Positions 54,206-64,000 of a DNA stretch of 64,000 nucleotides are shown in pieces. Source of the DNA: an uncultured delta proteobacterium (lineage in GTDB: Bacteria > Desulfobacterota > Binatia > UBA9968); contig CAVTUQ010000026.1 of assembly GCA_963737905.1 (NCBI GenBank), forward strand, positions 64,001 through 128,000. Direction: 5' to 3'. Position numbers and translations under genes: made by a program. The notes beneath the pieces were generated by a model. That model did no database searches and had not been told where the DNA came from. It saw only the letters and a program-made list of their open reading frames with translations. Position 1 is the stretch's first letter. Each line of letters starts with the position of its first letter.

Positions 54206-54459
54206 AATCTCCGAGTCTTACTTCGCACGAATGCTGAAGTCCCGAAAAAAGAAGGGATTCGAATGAGAGTCGATGGAATAAAGAGTAAAGTTGGAGTCTG
54301 AACACGTCTTTTTCTGAACCCGATCACACTCTTCTATGATTTTGCTTTTTCTCCTTCGCAGTTACTCCTTGTCTCCGCGTCCCCTTGTCACCTGGACCGA
54401 TTTCTACCCCTAACCTTTCACCCCTTACACCGTAAGCAGTCAGGACAGGAGAGAGAACC

Positions 54460-55434
54460 ATGACTATAAGGATTGTTTTCAGCTTACTGCTTACTGTCCT
54501 TCTGCCGGCTGTTTTTCTCGCCGAGGCACAGCAGGCTAAGGTCTATCGTGTCGGGGTTATCCACCAGGGCGGACCGTATAGAGCGGTAGTGGACGGATTA
54601 CGGGACGGGCTCGGGCAGTTGGGATACGAAGAGGGGAAACACATCGTCTTGGAAATCCGAGATACAAAGAGTGATCTGAAGCTCGTCGAGGAGGCAGCAA
54701 GGACTTTCGAACGCGAAAGAATCAACTTGATATACGCGGTTACCACTTCTGTAGTTACACCGGTCAAGAATGTTACCTCGAAGATCCCAATTGTTTTCGT
54801 CGTCGGCAGCGACCCGGTCGCCAGCGGACTGGTGCAGAGCTTTGGGAAACCTGGAGGGAGACTCACAGGTGTTCAGTACTCGACCACGGATCTCACAGGG
54901 AAACGGCTAGAGATCCTAAAGGAAATTCTTCCAAAACTAAGTCGGGTGGTAACCTTCTATAATCCTAGCAACCGCATGGCCATGGAGGCCGCCGCATTGG
55001 CCCGCGAGGCAGCCCGGCAGTTTCGTGTCCAGATAGTCGAGCGACACGCCACCTCTGTCGAAGAGTTGCGCCAGCGCCTCGGAGCGTTCAAAGCCGGAGA
55101 AGCGGATGCCTATTTCTACATCACCGATGGAATGGTAACGAGCCAGGCTCAACTAGTCATTGATATGGCAACGTCAAAAAGGCTGCCGACCATGTTCTCT
55201 GAACAAAATCTCGTTGCTATGGGTGGCCTGGCTAGCTATGGTCAGAATTTTCACGAGACTGGCCGCCTCTCGGCCAAGTATGTTCAGAAAATCATGACAG
55301 GCGCCCCTCCGGGGGACCTACGGGTGGAAATAGTCGATAAGTTCGAGCTGGTGATCAACTTCAAGACGGCTAAGCAAATCGGATTAGCGATACCGCCAAA
55401 CGTGCTGGCGCGGGCGGACAAGGTGATCAAATGA
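54460..55434 (+). CDS. ABC_sub_bind (PF04392-type) substrate-binding protein
   Basis: AEAQQ signal; DPVASGLV..PGGRLTG; FELVINFKTAKQIG. Confidence 0.9.
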   Translation: MTIRIVFSLLLTVLLPAVFLAEAQQAKVYRVGVIHQGGPYRAVVDGLRDGLGQLGYEEGKHIVLEIRDTKSDLKLVEEAARTFERERINLIYAVTTSVVTPVKNVTSKIPIVFVVGSDPVASGLVQSFGKPGGRLTGVQYSTTDLTGKRLEILKEILPKLSRVVTFYNPSNRMAMEAAALAREAARQFRVQIVERHATSVEELRQRLGAFKAGEADAYFYITDGMVTSQAQLVIDMATSKRLPTMFSEQNLVAMGGLASYGQNFHETGRLSAKYVQKIMTGAPPGDLRVEIVDKFELVINFKTAKQIGLAIPPNVLARADKVIK

Positions 55435-55504
55435 TTTTCGATTGCCGATTTTACATCGGGGGAATAACTAATCTAAGATCCTAAATCCAAAAGAGGAGGT
55501 AACC

Positions 55505-56494
55505 ATGGAACAGAGAGCTTTAACGCGGCGTGAGTTTCTAGTTCTTTCCGGCAGCGGTCTGGTGGTGGCGGGTATGCTCGGGCCCCAGGCGGTCCTGGCT
55601 CAGAGCACAACTATTCGCCAGGGATATCAGACCAATATCTGGGGAATGCCGACTTACTATTTGCTCCGCTCTGGCGCGCTCGAGAAGCGGGGGCTCAAGT
55701 TTGAAGAGTTCGCCGTTCCGTCGGGGAACCTGACGATGCAGCAAATGGTGGCGCGGCAGGTGGACCTTGGAACTTATGCCGGCCAATCCTTCGTGACCGG
55801 TTACGACAAGGGCGGCCTTGTCGTAATCGCGCAGATCGAGCACGTGGGAAAGACCGCTCGGGTGATGGCGCGGAAAGAATTGAAGGTCACCAAGGTCGCC
55901 GAGCTCAAGGGGATGAAGATCGGAAACCAGGTGGGCTCCTCGATCGGCAACACGTTCGTGGACATCATCGCGCCGCGTGCTGGGTTGAAGAAGGCGGACT
56001 ATCAGGAAGTCAAGATGAACGTGAACGAAATGGTGGCCGCAGCAGCAGCTAAGTCGATCGATGCGTTCGTCAGCGTGGATCCTTATTGTTCCATCGCTGA
56101 GGCCGAAGGGATCGCCACCACCGTGGTGAGCTTATACGACTACGATCCGATGCCGGTCTTCATGGCGGCAACGCCGGAGTTCGTCGATAAGAACCCGGGA
56201 GCAGTGGTGGAGTACCTCAAAGCCTGGCTCGAAGTCGGTAAAGACTTCAAGCAGAATCCCGGCAAGGTGGGAGAAGTCATTTATACTTTTTTCACGTCCA
56301 AGGGTTACACGATGAGTCGGGAGACTTTCAACAAGGCGATGGGGAACGTCGAAGTGGAACCCGGCTTCCCGGCGAGCGTGTGGCCCTATCTGCAACAAAT
56401 CGCGGAAGGTTTACTCAAGGAAAAGAAGATCAGCACGATTCCGGACTGGAACAAGGCGCTTCGTCCGCAGTTCATGGAGAAAGCCCGCGGCTGA
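55505..56494 (+). CDS. NMT1/SsuA-like binding protein with Tat signal
   Basis: TRREFL twin-arginine motif; ELKGMKIG. Confidence 0.85.
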   Translation: MEQRALTRREFLVLSGSGLVVAGMLGPQAVLAQSTTIRQGYQTNIWGMPTYYLLRSGALEKRGLKFEEFAVPSGNLTMQQMVARQVDLGTYAGQSFVTGYDKGGLVVIAQIEHVGKTARVMARKELKVTKVAELKGMKIGNQVGSSIGNTFVDIIAPRAGLKKADYQEVKMNVNEMVAAAAAKSIDAFVSVDPYCSIAEAEGIATTVVSLYDYDPMPVFMAATPEFVDKNPGAVVEYLKAWLEVGKDFKQNPGKVGEVIYTFFTSKGYTMSRETFNKAMGNVEVEPGFPASVWPYLQQIAEGLLKEKKISTIPDWNKALRPQFMEKARG

Positions 56495-56538
56495 TGAATC
56501 CACTTCTTGAGCACTTTACCAGCAACTGCCAGAGAGAC

Positions 56539-56946
56539 TCAGGAATTTCTTACCTTGGCTTCCGCGAACAGTTGCTCGGCTGCTTCGGCGCCGTCGGCTC
56601 GGTTATAGTCCTGGTCTAAGTCGCCGTCTCCGGCCGGGCTCTTCACTGTGAAGAAAACGGCGGGACCGCCGATGGCGCGGCTTCGATGGTTGGTAAAGCG
56701 CGGAATGTGGATCAGGTCGCCGCGCTCGCAGATGCGCTCTTCGTCGCCGAGAACGAAGTGGAGCTTGCCGTCAAGGACGAGAGTGAACTGCTCCTCGTTA
56801 GGGTGCATATGAAGCGGGGGGCCTTCGTCTTCCGGCTTGGTGACTATTCCCGCTTTCATAAATTCACCGACAGCGCTCTGCACGAACTGCTGTGGGTTTG
56901 CCGTGCTGGGGTTCTGTTGCATCTCCGCGATTTTGTAGAAAGGCAT
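56539..56946 (-). CDS. Cupin domain protein
   Basis: PLHMHPNEEQ, GDLIHIP..TNH. Confidence 0.85.
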   Translation of the reverse strand: MPFYKIAEMQQNPSTANPQQFVQSAVGEFMKAGIVTKPEDEGPPLHMHPNEEQFTLVLDGKLHFVLGDEERICERGDLIHIPRFTNHRSRAIGGPAVFFTVKSPAGDGDLDQDYNRADGAEAAEQLFAEAKVRNS

Positions 56947-57099
56947 TGTCTATCCCTCCATCTCTGCCGGCCAGTCTGGATCTCCCCTTACTCCAAGGCA
57001 GAATGAATGTCCAGCCTGTTCCGGTCGTGGACTGGGGCGCGCAAGTTGGCATTCCGAGGCGAAGCCGAGAATCTGGAATTCAATTGAAGGAGGCATCCC

Positions 57100-57340
57100 A
57101 TGGTAACTCGTAGCACGTCGAATTTCGGCCTGGTCGGCACCGACTGGCGGCAACGCATCTGGTACCGGCTCAAGCCCGGCCTGCGCTACGCGCTCCCATG
57201 CGAAGGCGCCGAGCCCAGAGACTCAGCATGGCAAACCGCTTCAGTGGGGTGTGCGACTTGAAGAGATGATGGTGGTGACCGAGAAAGGACCCGAAATCAC
57301 AACTCAATTTCCCATCGAGGAGATCACGACTATTGATTAG
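57100..57340 (+). pseudogene. M24 (Xaa-Pro) peptidase-like gene with large internal deletion
   Basis: AGGAGG + MVTRSTSNFGLVGTDWRQRI joined to C-terminal GVRLEEMMVVTEKGPEITTQFP. Confidence 0.6.
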
Positions 57341-57383
57341 GTCGGAGAAGAACGCAGAGCATGCCCAGTAAAAACTGATGGTG

Positions 57384-58030
57384 CTACATCGGTGGCATGA
57401 TGCCGCCGACACCAACGGTGATGCGAGTAGCCGTAAGCGTTCCATCCTCGCCCCGCACGGCTGGAATAAAGACGCCGGTTCCCGGCTTCAGGAGCGATCG
57501 GTCCGCGGACACATTTTTCACAATGGGGGTTCCGGGGGGAACAAAGACTTTTTGCTCTCCGTTTTTGTACTTGAGAGTCAGTAACTCTCCCTGAACCTTC
57601 TCAACCGCGACCTGCTCTACTTTCTCGACGCTGGCGTTGGTCATCGTTGAGCCAGGCTGCAGATCCCACGGTCGGTGTCCTTCACCGGTGCCCCGACCGC
57701 TCTCCGGGAAGATATGGACCTCAAGAGCCTTCAGATTGCCGTCGGCTTGTTTAACGAGGTCGCGCCGACATAGTTTCCCGCTGTGATATCGGAAAGTTTG
57801 GCCGCTTCTACGCCACCGACCCTGACATTGTCCGGCAACTTGACTAACACCTCGCCTGCCGATGTCGTTACTTTGAGCGAGTCTTTTTCTATCGCGGAAA
57901 TCTTTCCGCGAATCGTAACGGGCTTTCCTTGTGGCGCTTGCGCCTGAGTCGTCTCGAGTTGAACGACACAGATCAGCGCAGTGACAGTGATAAACCGGAG
58001 GGCATGAATAGCTATGCGATGAATTTTCAT
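57384..58030 (-). CDS. Secreted OB-fold (DUF5666-like) protein, frameshifted at ~57755
   Basis: Signal peptide; TIRGKI, LSDI..GNYVG, then EVHIFPE...PWDLQPGSTMTNA. Confidence 0.7.
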
Positions 58031-58895
58031 CTGTCTTCCTTTCTTATGGGCACAATGCGATTGCGGTGGCTCGAAGATAGCCCGCCACTGTTTGTAATCA
58101 TTCTCAAGCTTGGGTTGGGAGAGTGAAACGAACTAGATGAGGTTTTGGCGGTTAGATTTCGGGTTGTTTCAATCAATCCGACCGTGTCAGCTATCTTTCG
58201 TAAAGGGATTCGGCTCCTCCAGTAATTCCTTTTTTAGCTCGGCACGGACGTGGGCAAGCCTATGTTGAAACCACGAATTCGCTCTTGGCCGGAAAACTCT
58301 CGGAACAAGCTCGTCGCCGGTGTAAACTCCTCCGTTTACCGGGCTCTGCTCAAAAATAAGCCGCCAATCCACGATCCTTTCGTCTTTTTTGACTTGGTTA
58401 CGCCGAAAGACCATAAACTTCCCCTCTGGATGATAAGGTGCTCGGTCAAATACCTCCCATCAAGCTCACCAAAGCAGGCTCAGAAGCATAATCTATTGGT
58501 AGCGTTATAGACTGTCTGAGCCCAAGGAGTCCCATAACAAAGCATCCTCATCCATGTCAATAGGGGCGAAAAGAACGGACAATGTCCGGCGCGATATGCC
58601 CGGTCCGCTCGAAGGAAACGTCAGGGAACTCACCTTCTCTGCGACTCGCCACCGCCGCGCCGCTGGCGTAAATTCGGCTGACGTCATCATTCCGACCGTT
58701 GGCGCAGCTCAGCCTCAGGTTATCTTTCGCTGTCCGAATCTTTTGCGAATTGGCCCTGTACCGCGCTCCCATATACATGCTCGATCCTTAAAGAGCCGAA
58801 ATCCGAACCGTTGGCCTCCAACCGTTGGCCATCAAACCAGCCACGAATTTTTTCTTAGTTATTGGCGGAACGCGGTTGTTGAGCTTGTCTGCTGC

Positions 58896-58925
58896 CATGA
58901 TACAATGGATTTACATTGTATCATG
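58896..58925. promoter_or_regulatory. Palindromic operator of the TA operon
   Basis: Perfect 12-bp inverted repeat CATGATACAATG-N6-CATTGTATCATG containing TACAAT, just before the RBS. Confidence 0.7.
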
Positions 58926-58940
58926 CTAAAGGAGATTTCC

Positions 58941-59168
58941 ATGGTGAAACGGTTAACCCAACATGGCAACAGCGCGGCGCTGATTATCGATAAGCCCGTA
59001 CTCGACCTCCTGAATATCACGATGGATACCCCTCTGGAAATCGCCACTGACGGGCGAAACTTGATTATCTCTCCGGTTCAAAGCGCACGGCGAGAGCAGC
59101 GATTTCGCTCCGCCCTCGAAGCCGTAAACCGCCGGCACAGCAAAACTCTGAAGGCTTTGGCAGAGTAA
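58941..59168 (+). CDS. AbrB/MazE-type antitoxin
   Basis: LTQHGNSAALIIDKP. Confidence 0.85.
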   Translation: MVKRLTQHGNSAALIIDKPVLDLLNITMDTPLEIATDGRNLIISPVQSARREQRFRSALEAVNRRHSKTLKALAE

Positions 59169-59176
59169 TCTCTTCC

Positions 59177-59569
59177 GTGGCCGATACCCTTTTTCTGACC
59201 CTTGCCGAAATGGTAGAAATCCATGCCGATCAAATTCATCGCTACGGCGGTCAGGCAGGCGTTCGAGATTTGGGGCTGTTAGAATCTGCGCTGGCCCAAC
59301 CGGAAGCCTCCTTTGCGGGAGCGTGGCTGCATAAGGATCATTATGAAATGGCTGCCGCCTACGCCTATCACCAGTGTCAAAATCACCCCTTCATCGATGG
59401 CAATAAACGAGCCGCGCTGGCCGCAGCGCTGGTGTTTCTTGAGCTTAACGGCATCAGCATTTTGGATCCAAGAGGACGGCTGAAAAATGCCATGTTTCGT
59501 ATCGCCTCCGGCAAGATGAACAAAGCGGACTTCGTCAAGCTCTTGAGGAAATTGCCTCGCGCAATCTGA
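59177..59569 (+). CDS. doc: Death-on-curing (Doc/Fic) toxin
   Basis: GVRDLGLLESA, NHPFIDGNKR. Confidence 0.9.
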   Translation: MADTLFLTLAEMVEIHADQIHRYGGQAGVRDLGLLESALAQPEASFAGAWLHKDHYEMAAAYAYHQCQNHPFIDGNKRAALAAALVFLELNGISILDPRGRLKNAMFRIASGKMNKADFVKLLRKLPRAI

Positions 59570-59744
59570 CCTTTGGCGTGCCGATCAGTGCCGCAAAAAA
59601 CGCGGTACAGCGCATCTCATCAAACCAGTAGGTTAGAAACTTGACGTCATATTTATCTTGAAGCGCCAGATCCTTCTGGTGTGCATCTGCCACGGCATGT
59701 CGAGTTGCCCCTTCGATGTAGTGGCGATCCATGTAAACGGGCAT
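59535..59744 (-). pseudogene. Truncated DUF4242/SCO4226-like nickel-binding domain gene
   Basis: MPVYMDRH..VADAHQKDL..YDVKFLTYWFDE; similarity lost after CTAF. Confidence 0.6.
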
Positions 59745-59784
59745 ATTTCATCTTCTCTCGCTAAAGATCACGCCGCTATTGGTG

Positions 59785-60546
59785 TTACAAGTCGCCGAGG
59801 TTCGCTTCCGTGATCAGTTTCCATAGACGCGGAGGATTTCCAGTGTCGAGTTCAATCATATAAAGTTCGTCATTGGCCTGCCGGATCGACGTGGTTTGCT
59901 CGAGGGTTAGACCAAAAACCGCCCGGAGAATCATTTGATTGGTAATGGCATGGGCAACGATAAGAATCGCTCCCGAGCGGTGCTGTCTGCGGATCTCTTC
60001 GAAAGTAGTGCGAACACGGTCATAGAATTGGTTCAACGACTCCCCTCCATCGAGCTCGTCATCGGGATCGCGACTTCGTCTCGGGTATTCTTGTGCGGTC
60101 TCCGGATCTATCCTTTTATCCAAATATTTCCCCTCAAACTTCCCGATCCTTCGTTCCCTCAATCCGGCCAGGCTATTCAGGGGGACTTCACCGCGCACGA
60201 TCTCAGCAGTGTCTCGACTGCGACTAAGAGTACTGGAGTAAACGGCGTCTAAGTGAACTCCCTTTAGGCGCTCTGCAAGTTTGGCTGCCTGTTGCCGCCC
60301 CGTCGAGTTCAAAGGGATATCGGTATCTCCTTGAAGGCGGTGGTCGCGGTTCCAGTCTGTTTCTCCATGGCGGGCGAGATAAATTCTAAGCGTCGTGACG
60401 GGCTGGTCTGCGACGGCTTGCCCTGCTCCTAATGTCAAGGGAAACGAAAGGAGGAGAAGACACAACGCTAACCCGGCCAACGTCCAAGATATCGTACGGC
60501 GACGTGCTCGGTCGAACCTGTTCGCATAATATCCTGTCTTCTGCAC
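59785..60546 (-). CDS. Histidine phosphatase family protein with signal peptide
   Basis: LARHGETDWN, GGES, VAHA. Confidence 0.9.
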   Translation of the reverse strand: MQKTGYYANRFDRARRRTISWTLAGLALCLLLLSFPLTLGAGQAVADQPVTTLRIYLARHGETDWNRDHRLQGDTDIPLNSTGRQQAAKLAERLKGVHLDAVYSSTLSRSRDTAEIVRGEVPLNSLAGLRERRIGKFEGKYLDKRIDPETAQEYPRRSRDPDDELDGGESLNQFYDRVRTTFEEIRRQHRSGAILIVAHAITNQMILRAVFGLTLEQTTSIRQANDELYMIELDTGNPPRLWKLITEANLGDL

Positions 60547-60642
60547 AAGATCTCCTTTCGAAATTCGGACAAACCGATAATCTACGTCCGGCCGTAACCC
60601 CGGATGCCGAACGCTCCGACTTTAACATCAACGGACAACTAC

Positions 60643-60868
60643 TAAGGAGTTCATTGGTTAGTAGACATAAGACGCCCAGGGGGCGAGTCATGGAGAGCGC
60701 GGGCACCCAAACGCAAAGGAAGCGTTCAGGCCCGGGCGGCTGGAATAACCACTCCTGGAGTGGATCGGGTGGTGGCCGACAAGGCACAGGCTTATTGCCC
60801 GCGCGCGGAAGGACTCGTCCCTTGGGCTTTTCCGAACCCTTGTTGTCTACATACTTATGAACTCCTTA
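60643..60868. mobile_element. MITE-like element with imperfect terminal inverted repeats
   Basis: Left TAAGGAGTTCAT-tggttag-TAGACA; right reverse complement TAAGGAGTTCAT-aagtatg-TAGACA; no transposase inside. Confidence 0.65.
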
Positions 60869-61166
60869 AATAAGTGAGCGGGCCTAATCTTCGGCATTTG
60901 TGAAGAATATGTCAATCTGATCGCGATCACCTTTGACAGCGGGTGAGGGCTATTACAAAAGACATTATAGCTCGGTCTCCGAGCTTACGGGTCCGAGCTC
61001 GTTTCAACAGCCCGAGCTCTGGCGATAAAGGGCCTCCTTAGGTTTGACAGAAAAGTTCCTTATCGCGTAGTCTCTGTCTCAGAATAGGGTAGCCCATTGT
61101 CATCCGCTGAACTCAAGTGTTAATTCACTGCTCGCTGCTGACTGAAGCGAACGAACTCGTCACGTC

Positions 61167-61757
61167 ATGTTTCAAGTTAAGCATCTATCACGACGCCGTT
61201 TTTTAACAGTTGTAAGTTTAGTTGCAGGGGTGTCCGCGGCAGCCGCTGTTCAACGTTGGGGCGTTGGCCAATTCGCTTCAATTTGGTCGCGCATCTACAA
61301 CGGGCTCATAGATCCAGGTCTTAAAGATGCAGCTGAAGGTCCACTGGGCGAAGGGGCGGTCCGAGCGCTTCTGGCGACGACGGAAGCGTTCGTTGGTACC
61401 GAGATCGAGAGAAGTCATTATGAAGCCTTTTTTCGCTGGCGGTCCGAGAATCTCAGTGGATACCGAAGTCTTTATGAGCGATTCGCAGTAGTGGTTGATC
61501 GCGCGGCAAAGGAGTCGCGCAAACCTGATTTTGCCAGATGTGATATGGAGGTGCGACGGGAAATACTTCAAAGGTTCAAGCCTAACACATACGCGCTAGT
61601 TTTTGAACGCGACGGTTTGCGCTTTGAGAAGTATATCTTCCAGCAGATCCTCGATTTGTTTTCACACACCGACGCATGGATTTTGCTAGGCTATAAATCT
61701 TGGCCTGGTACTCCCAGGGGGCTGGATGCGTATACCAAAGCACCCAGCAAAGCATGA
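61167..61757 (+). CDS. Tat-signal partner of GMC oxidoreductase (gluconate 2-dehydrogenase subunit 3-like)
   Basis: SRRRFL; C-terminal AWILLGYKSWPG; upstream of GMC gene. Confidence 0.65.
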   Translation: MFQVKHLSRRRFLTVVSLVAGVSAAAAVQRWGVGQFASIWSRIYNGLIDPGLKDAAEGPLGEGAVRALLATTEAFVGTEIERSHYEAFFRWRSENLSGYRSLYERFAVVVDRAAKESRKPDFARCDMEVRREILQRFKPNTYALVFERDGLRFEKYIFQQILDLFSHTDAWILLGYKSWPGTPRGLDAYTKAPSKA

Positions 61758-61879
61758 CGCGAGAGATTCCGCCCGTACCACGGAAGGGTTCCCAGGAGAG
61801 TCGGGGTTGTTGCCTCGCGGCGGTTTTTTCTTTGCCCCGTCGTGCTGGCTTTAACAATAGCCTGTTAGTTTAGCTTGCA

Positions 61880-63451
61880 ATGAACAAAAGCACAGTCGCC
61901 ATTGTTGGCTCAGGAATTGTTGGAGCGGCTATGGCGTACGTCTTGACTAAGAAAGGATATCGTGTCGATATCTTCGAAAAAGGTCCCGAGTATCCCTACC
62001 CGCACACCAAGCAATTTACCGAGCGAATACGTTTCCGGTACAAAAACCCCATTTACACTCTTGCCGAAGAGCTAAATCAAGTGATGGTTTCCGGTGACTA
62101 CCGATGGAAACCTGAGGACGAACGTCACCTGGTAGTTGGAGGCTCCGCGACTCAATGGAACGCTATCACCCTTCGAATGGGTCCCAATGACTTCAAGACG
62201 AAAAGTCTATACGGTTACGGTGCGGACTGGCCGCTGGGGTACGCGGACTTGGAACCGTACTATTGTCAGGCTGAAGCATACCTGGGAGTCTCAGGCACCG
62301 ACCTTGATAATCCGTTTGCTCCGCCGCGATCCAAACCCTTTCCCTTACCACCGTTTGATCTCAGCTATGACGATAAAATCATGGCTGAAAGACTCCACAA
62401 GCATGGCCTGGTTCTCCATACGACACCACAGGCAAGGACACGCCTTGCTTACGAAGAGCGACCGGGATGTCAGAATTTTGGGGTTTGTAATGTCTGTCCG
62501 ATCGGTGTTCGCTATTCCCCTAACTATCATCTCCTTCGTGCGATTGGGACGGGTCTCTGTCAAGTACATGAAAACACGTCGGTGCGAAGAATCATGATGG
62601 ACAAGTCCGGACGAGCCAAAACCTTGGTCTACCAAAGCCATGACGCGGCGAAGGAAAGAGAACACGCGGCGGATGTGATTGTAGTGGCCGCCGGCACTAT
62701 CGAGTCTGTCCGTTTGCTGCTTCTTTCGGCAGACAGCGGTCATCCTGGCGGATTGGGGAATGATGGAGGCCAGGTCGGAAAACATTTCACGTTCCACCAT
62801 ATTTGGTCCGGCGCGTATCACTACCCGTCGCCGTTGCGTCCAGAAGTAATTGGCGGCCCTACCGGGCAGAGTCATCAGTTTTTCAACCATTCAAGCCGTG
62901 GCAAGCAGGGTGCAGTCAAGATCGAATTTGGTTCACGTAGCGGATCTGATCTCGTCAATCAGGGGGAGGTGACGAAGTGGGGTACTGTCTCCGAAATTAT
63001 CGAACAATTGAAACCAAGACTTCATTGGCGTCTCATTCTATTTCATAACGAGTCCGTTCCGAGCCCGGAAAAATATATCGGATTATCTGAAGAGCGGGAC
63101 CGGTTCGGAGACCGCTATGCGAACGTTCACTACAGCGCCTCTGAGTTTGACCATGAGACCCATCTTTTCGCGCTCAAATTATTCGATTCCTTTGCAGAAG
63201 CAACGGGCAGTGACGACAAGGTCATATCCCCCGTTTTTTGGTCCGGGGGTCACCACATGGGCGGCTGTCGTATGGGGCAGATGATTGGGGAGAGTGTTGT
63301 AGACTCATTTGGCAAGCTCCACGGAAGTCCCAACCTGTTCGTTGTTGGGGGTAGCAACTTTGTCGGTACTTCGGGGGCCGTCAATCCTACGCTAACCATG
63401 GTAGCACTGGCACTTCGGACGGCAGACTTTATCGGCGATCAGTTCTCCTAG
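61880..63451 (+). CDS. GMC family FAD oxidoreductase
   Basis: IVGSGIVG, VGGS, CxxFGVCNVCP, HHMGGCRMG, NPTLT. Confidence 0.9.
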   Translation: MNKSTVAIVGSGIVGAAMAYVLTKKGYRVDIFEKGPEYPYPHTKQFTERIRFRYKNPIYTLAEELNQVMVSGDYRWKPEDERHLVVGGSATQWNAITLRMGPNDFKTKSLYGYGADWPLGYADLEPYYCQAEAYLGVSGTDLDNPFAPPRSKPFPLPPFDLSYDDKIMAERLHKHGLVLHTTPQARTRLAYEERPGCQNFGVCNVCPIGVRYSPNYHLLRAIGTGLCQVHENTSVRRIMMDKSGRAKTLVYQSHDAAKEREHAADVIVVAAGTIESVRLLLLSADSGHPGGLGNDGGQVGKHFTFHHIWSGAYHYPSPLRPEVIGGPTGQSHQFFNHSSRGKQGAVKIEFGSRSGSDLVNQGEVTKWGTVSEIIEQLKPRLHWRLILFHNESVPSPEKYIGLSEERDRFGDRYANVHYSASEFDHETHLFALKLFDSFAEATGSDDKVISPVFWSGGHHMGGCRMGQMIGESVVDSFGKLHGSPNLFVVGGSNFVGTSGAVNPTLTMVALALRTADFIGDQFS

Positions 63452-63526
63452 CCTTTTACGTCCGATTCCCAACGCGATTGGTGGAGGAATTGATGGCGTG
63501 ATTCTCCAGCATCAAAGGAGCGAAAA

Positions 63527-64000
63527 ATGAAAACGATTTTCTTCGTGGGGCTTGTCTATATTGGACTTGGCGCTGAGGTCGTGTTGTCCCAGGTCCCCTT
63601 TTATCAAGACAAAACGATTTCCGTTGTTTTGGGCGGCCCTCCTGGAGGGTCCGCGGACATGCGGACAAGAGCGGTCACCACACTCTTGCGTAAACATATT
63701 CCCGGAAATCCCACCATCATCGTCCAATATATGGCAGCCGGGGGAGGGCGGCAGGCTGCCAACCATGTTTATCGAGGAGCGCGGCCGGATGGCCTTACGA
63801 TTGGCAGCATGGGAGCGGCCCTGGTCGCCAACGCGGTGCTCGGTGTAACCGGTGTTCAATACGACATCGACAAGTTTCTCTATCTTGGTACGCCGGACAG
63901 CGCGCAGCACTATATTTTTATAACCAATCGGAAGGCCGGCCTGACCAGTTTGGAGAAGTTACGCTCAACGCCCGGCGTACGGATCGGATCTCAATCCGTA
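63527..64000 (+). CDS. TctC/Bug-like binding protein, partial (runs off window), frameshift in signal region
   Basis: GGPPGGSAD, KHIPGNPTIIVQYM, PDGLTIG. Confidence 0.8.
   Translation, partial: MKTIFFVGLVYIGLGAEVVLSQVPFYQDKTISVVLGGPPGGSADMRTRAVTTLLRKHIPGNPTIIVQYMAAGGGRQAANHVYRGARPDGLTIGSMGAALVANAVLGVTGVQYDIDKFLYLGTPDSAQHYIFITNRKAGLTSLEKLRSTPGVRIGSQSV

Noticed and set aside
58554-58940. Long N-terminal extension of the antitoxin (204-aa ORF)
   Set aside because: RBS AAGGAG, operator and family length support the start at 58941
58140-60640. Integron cassette array (attC-like TAAC/GTT motifs around the TA module)
   Set aside because: No complete paired attC structure could be built, genes are in mixed orientation and no integrase is present

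Overview
Chromosomal-looking, ~55-60% GC bacterial window. The gene content (many orphan NMT1/SsuA-, TctC- and ABC_sub_bind-type binding proteins, amidohydrolases, CoA-transferases, multi-GAF kinases) suggests a Binatia/Deltaproteobacteria-like environmental organism; this is an inference. The consensus is error-prone: about ten genes carry 1-bp frameshifts, and 38.9-41.0 kb is a poly-G tract followed by raw-read-quality sequence hiding an IS1380-type transposase. The most interesting locus is 19.7-26.7 kb. There, a consensus sigma54 promoter with tandem palindromic enhancer sites precedes a secreted beta-propeller gene. Next come a histidine kinase whose sensor is an ABC substrate-binding domain with no membrane segment and an NtrC-type activator, with a free paralogous binding protein transcribed divergently. 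Other points: a kinase with 7 or more GAF domains, an ECF sigma-MGMT-EamA operon, an orphan GlmL, a signal-less NMT1/DszB-like protein, a cluster of decaying toxin-antitoxin modules, a 226-bp TIR-bounded MITE-like element and several families of intergenic palindromic repeats. No rRNA, tRNA or CRISPR array was seen.
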